64,000 nucleotides of DNA, taken from Isurus oxyrinchus (Eukaryota). Under the pieces are notes generated by a model. That model did not search any database and was not told where the DNA came from. It saw only the letters and a program-made list of their open reading frames with translations. The stretch lies in NCBI GenBank assembly GCA_026770705.1, contig JANJGN010000026.1, forward strand, positions 35,712,001 to 35,776,000, in the 5' to 3' direction. A program made the translations under genes and the position numbers. Below, piece by piece: positions 60,828 through 64,000 of this stretch (position 1 is the first letter of the stretch; each line of letters begins with the position of its first letter).

Positions 60828-60985
60828 CCCTCTCTCTCTCTCTCTCTCTCTTTCTCTTTCTCCCTCTCCCTCTCTCTATCTCTCTTTCTATATCTCTATT
60901 TCTCTCTCTCGCGCTCGTGCTCTTGCACTCGCTCGCGCTCTCTCTTGCTCGCACTTTCTCTCACGCTCTTGCTCTCTCTCTTTTT
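60828..60985. repeat. (CT)n / (CTCG) low-complexity microsatellite
   Basis: Direct inspection. Confidence 0.9.
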
Positions 60986-61318
60986 CCTCCTATAGTGTCC
61001 AAAGTTCCCTTTAGGTCCAGACTGGGTGACAGTTTCCCTTCCCTGAAGGACATTAATGAACCAGTTGGGTTTTTATGACAGCCCTTCAGCTTTAATGGTC
61101 TTTTTTCCGATTGCAAGTCCCATAAATTCATTCAACACAATTTCACAGTCTGTCTTTGTGTTTTTGTGGGTTCTCTGTCACTCTTTTTTTTCTGTTTTAA
61201 ATTTCACAGAGTATTAGAAGGGGAGGATTTGCAGCCGGGAAACTGAAACCAAACATCACATCAGGATCTGACAGAGTTGCCCAATTTATATTAACGTGAA
61301 TATTATCGGATTTTGAAT

Positions 61319-62272
61319 ATGGAAGGGAAAAGCACCATCCATAATGGAGAGAAACTGTACGTGTGTTCTGTGTGTGGACGAGGCTTCAGCCAATCATCTG
61401 GCCTGTCGAGACACAAGCACAGTCACACTAGGGAGAAACCATGGAAATGTGAGGACTGTGGGAAGGAATTCACTCATTCATCCGCCCTGCTGAATCACCA
61501 GCGTGATCACACTGGGGAGAGACCATTCACCTGTTCCGTGTGTGGGAAGGGATTCACTCGGTCATTCCACCTGATGACACACCAGCGAGTTCACACTGGG
61601 GAGAGACCATTCACCTGCTCCGAGTGTGGGAAGGGATTCACTCAGTCATCCCACCTGTTGACACACCAGCGTGATCACACTGGGGAGAGACCATTCACCT
61701 GTCCTGTGTGTGGGAAGGGATTCACTCGGTCATTCCACCTGATGACACACCAGCGAGTTCACACTGGGGAGACACCATTCACCTGCTCTGTATGTGGGAA
61801 GGGATTCACTCGGTCATCCAACTTGCTTATACACCAGCGAGTTCACACTGATGAAAGGCCTTTTAAATGCCCAGATTGTGGAAAGTGCTATAAAACTTCT
61901 GGGCAATTGATCTCCCACCAACGTGTTCACACTGAGGAGAGACCATTCAAGTGCTCTCACTGTGGAACTGGGTTCAGGCGATCAACAAACCTCACTGTAC
62001 ATGAACGAATTCACACTGGGGAGAGACCATTCACCTGCTCTGAGTGCGGGAAGGGATTCTCTGATTTATCCACCCTTCTAAATCACCAGCGTGTGCACAC
62101 TGGAGAGAGGCCATTCACCTGCCCTGAGTGTGGGAAGGGATTCACTCAGTCAGCCAGCCTGCTGAGGCACCAGCGGATTCACACTGGGGAGAGGCCATTC
62201 ACCTGCTCCGAGTGTGGGAATGGATTCACTGACTTGTCCAAACTGCTGAGACACCAGCGAGTTCATGAGTAA
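61319..62272 (+). CDS. C2H2 zinc-finger gene 4, intact, 317 aa, 11 fingers, no KRAB/SCAN domain visible
   Basis: [16 protein letters not shown]...HQRVHE*; 11 complete CxxC-x12-HxxxH units; acceptor tcacAG 61208-61209; in-frame TAA at 61292 upstream of the ATG. Confidence 0.9.
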   Translation: MEGKSTIHNGEKLYVCSVCGRGFSQSSGLSRHKHSHTREKPWKCEDCGKEFTHSSALLNHQRDHTGERPFTCSVCGKGFTRSFHLMTHQRVHTGERPFTCSECGKGFTQSSHLLTHQRDHTGERPFTCPVCGKGFTRSFHLMTHQRVHTGETPFTCSVCGKGFTRSSNLLIHQRVHTDERPFKCPDCGKCYKTSGQLISHQRVHTEERPFKCSHCGTGFRRSTNLTVHERIHTGERPFTCSECGKGFSDLSTLLNHQRVHTGERPFTCPECGKGFTQSASLLRHQRIHTGERPFTCSECGNGFTDLSKLLRHQRVHE

Positions 62273-62331
62273 CTACCGTGATTTGATTTTGCTGTCAACC
62301 ACATCCAGGAATGAACCATGTTCATTGGGAT

Positions 62332-62800
62332 TTTTTTTTCTTCTTCCTCTTCCTCCCATTTTACTTGGGGTCACCACAATGCTGCTTGATCACCTTTTCT
62401 ATCTCCTCCTATCACTTAAACATTCCTCTTCCAATCCCACTGCATTTCTGTCTCTGGCCACCACATCTTTCCATCTGGTCTTAGACCTTCGTCTTCTTCT
62501 TCCTGACAGTCCCACGTCCATCACTCACCTCACCATATTTTCTCTCTCTCTCTCTACGACAAACGACCAGACCATTTCAATCTCTTCTCAGCTACTTTCT
62601 TTGATGTTTCCACAATTTTCACTGACTCCCTGATGTACTGGTTTCTAATCCTGTCCTTTCTTGTCACTCCACACGTCCATCTCAACCTCTGTGTCTCATT
62701 AGTATCCAGTCGTTGTCCTCTCTTCCTGATATTGTCCAAGTTACCCTGGGTATTTGAAGCTATTCGTGTTGTCCAAGTCTTCACCCATCATCTTTACACC
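62332..62800 (-). mobile_element. RTE-clade LINE 3' fragment in the ZNF4 3' UTR, followed by SINE/Penelope scraps to ~63080
   Basis: RLRWTCGVTRKDRIRNQYIRESVKIVETSKKVAEKRLKWSG; GAA-rich tail; possible TSD ttgggat on both sides. Confidence 0.75.
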
Positions 62801-64000
62801 TTCACTCTGATTGTCTTCCTTAGGCTCAAACCGACAGTCCACAGGTTGGGTCTTTGGTTCACTAATATCCATCAGGGAAGGAAATCTGTCTGGACTCGAA
62901 ACGTTAACTTGGTTTTTCTATTTTCACTGATGCTGCTAGACCTGCTGAGTTTTTTCAGCATTTTCTGGTTTTATTTCAGTTTCCCAGCATTCAGAGTATT
63001 TTGCTTTTATTTAAAACAATCTCCATGTTGTATTGACCTTCCCGGTATTTCTCCATCACTTGTCTCAAAACAAAAATAGCTTTGGGATCTGTTTCTGCCG
63101 ATGTTAATAAACTCTATCCCAGTTATATGTGTTAATACTCTGGATAAAAGTCAAATAAATCAGCTTTAAAAGACTGCATGATGAGCCATTTTGATACCTC
63201 TCACAAATTAGTGCCTTTTTAAGGTCTCTCCCTCTTCCCTGTCTCTTCCTCCTCACCAACAAGTGTGAGGAGCTCATGGTGCTTCTTTGTCTCTAAGATT
63301 GAGACAATCTGATCAGCTGCCACTTCCTCTTCCCTCCCTCCCACTAGCGCACCAGGAAAAACTGCGCCTCAAGATCGGCCCAGCTGTAGCCCTAAACTCA
63401 CATCTTTCTTTAGTTTCTCTCCTGTCTCCTCTTATCCCCTCAAGAGCTCCTCTTGTCCATGGGATCCACCTTCTGCTTAATTGACCCTATTCCCACTAAA
63501 CTGTTGACAACACAGAAGAGTTTTGAAGGAGGGTGGAAGATGGGGGACCAATCAGGAGAAGATTGGAATTGTCGATTCTGGATGTAACAAAGTCATGGAT
63601 GAGGATTTCAGCAGCAAATGTGCTGAGGCAGGATGGAAACAACTGATGTTACAGGGGTGGACGGAGGTGATATTAGTGTTGGAGGAGGATATGTCGCCCT
63701 CACCTCAGGGTCAAATAGGAAACTAAGGTTGCAATTGGCCTGGTTCAGTCTCAGACTGTGGTCAGGGAGGGGGATGGAGCTGGTAATGAGGGTAACAAAG
63801 TTTATGGTGGGGGGAGGTTTCATGGGCCTACCTATTAATCCACCTCCTGGGCCACACTGTACAGACCAGAGAATCGATCCAATTCTACCTCATTGGATTA
63901 CAAGCCATTCGGTCCCATCTCAATGTGTTGGCGAAAATTACTGTTCACCAATTGGGTTTTCAATTACACTGTTACAACCCATAATTTTCCATGTGAGAGA

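Noticed and set aside
60629-61078. 149-aa Leu/Ser-rich ORF
   Set aside because: Translation of a (CT)n microsatellite and flanking repeats.

Overview
Eukaryotic, repeat-rich vertebrate DNA, almost certainly from a shark or other cartilaginous fish (the species cannot be fixed from the sequence). There are two assembly gaps (4818-5213, 5851-6033). (1) 1-17.1 kb holds two tandem, paralogous NAR-TCR cassettes about 12.2 kb apart, each laid out as leader + IgNAR-like V, D, J, then a leaderless supporting TCR-delta V. Cassette 1 is dead throughout. Cassette 2 has an open NAR-TCR V with an odd poly-G insert, a candidate D and an intact J, but a pseudogenised supporting V-delta. Both supporting V-deltas are followed by a tandem ARRAY of near-perfect 23-bp-spacer recombination signal sequences (~62-bp period), the most striking unexplained structure here. 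(2) 19.4-30.4 kb is an intact two-exon class A GPCR (GPR139/GPR142-like). Its 10-kb intron contains a full-length but decayed Tx1-clade LINE with a 17-bp TSD, inserted in a SINE tail and carrying a U1 snRNA-derived 5' head. (3) 33-63.5 kb is a cluster of C2H2 zinc-finger genes with no KRAB domain visible: one intact 11-finger gene, three damaged copies and one inverted copy that lost its finger array. It has CpG/NRF1/CCAAT promoters, several hit by Penelope-like insertions, one of which is a perfect 91-bp-arm palindrome. CR1, L2, RTE, SINE and Penelope fragments fill most of the rest. No prokaryotic features or CRISPR arrays. Repeat boundaries are approximate, and family names come from recognised motifs, not database searches.
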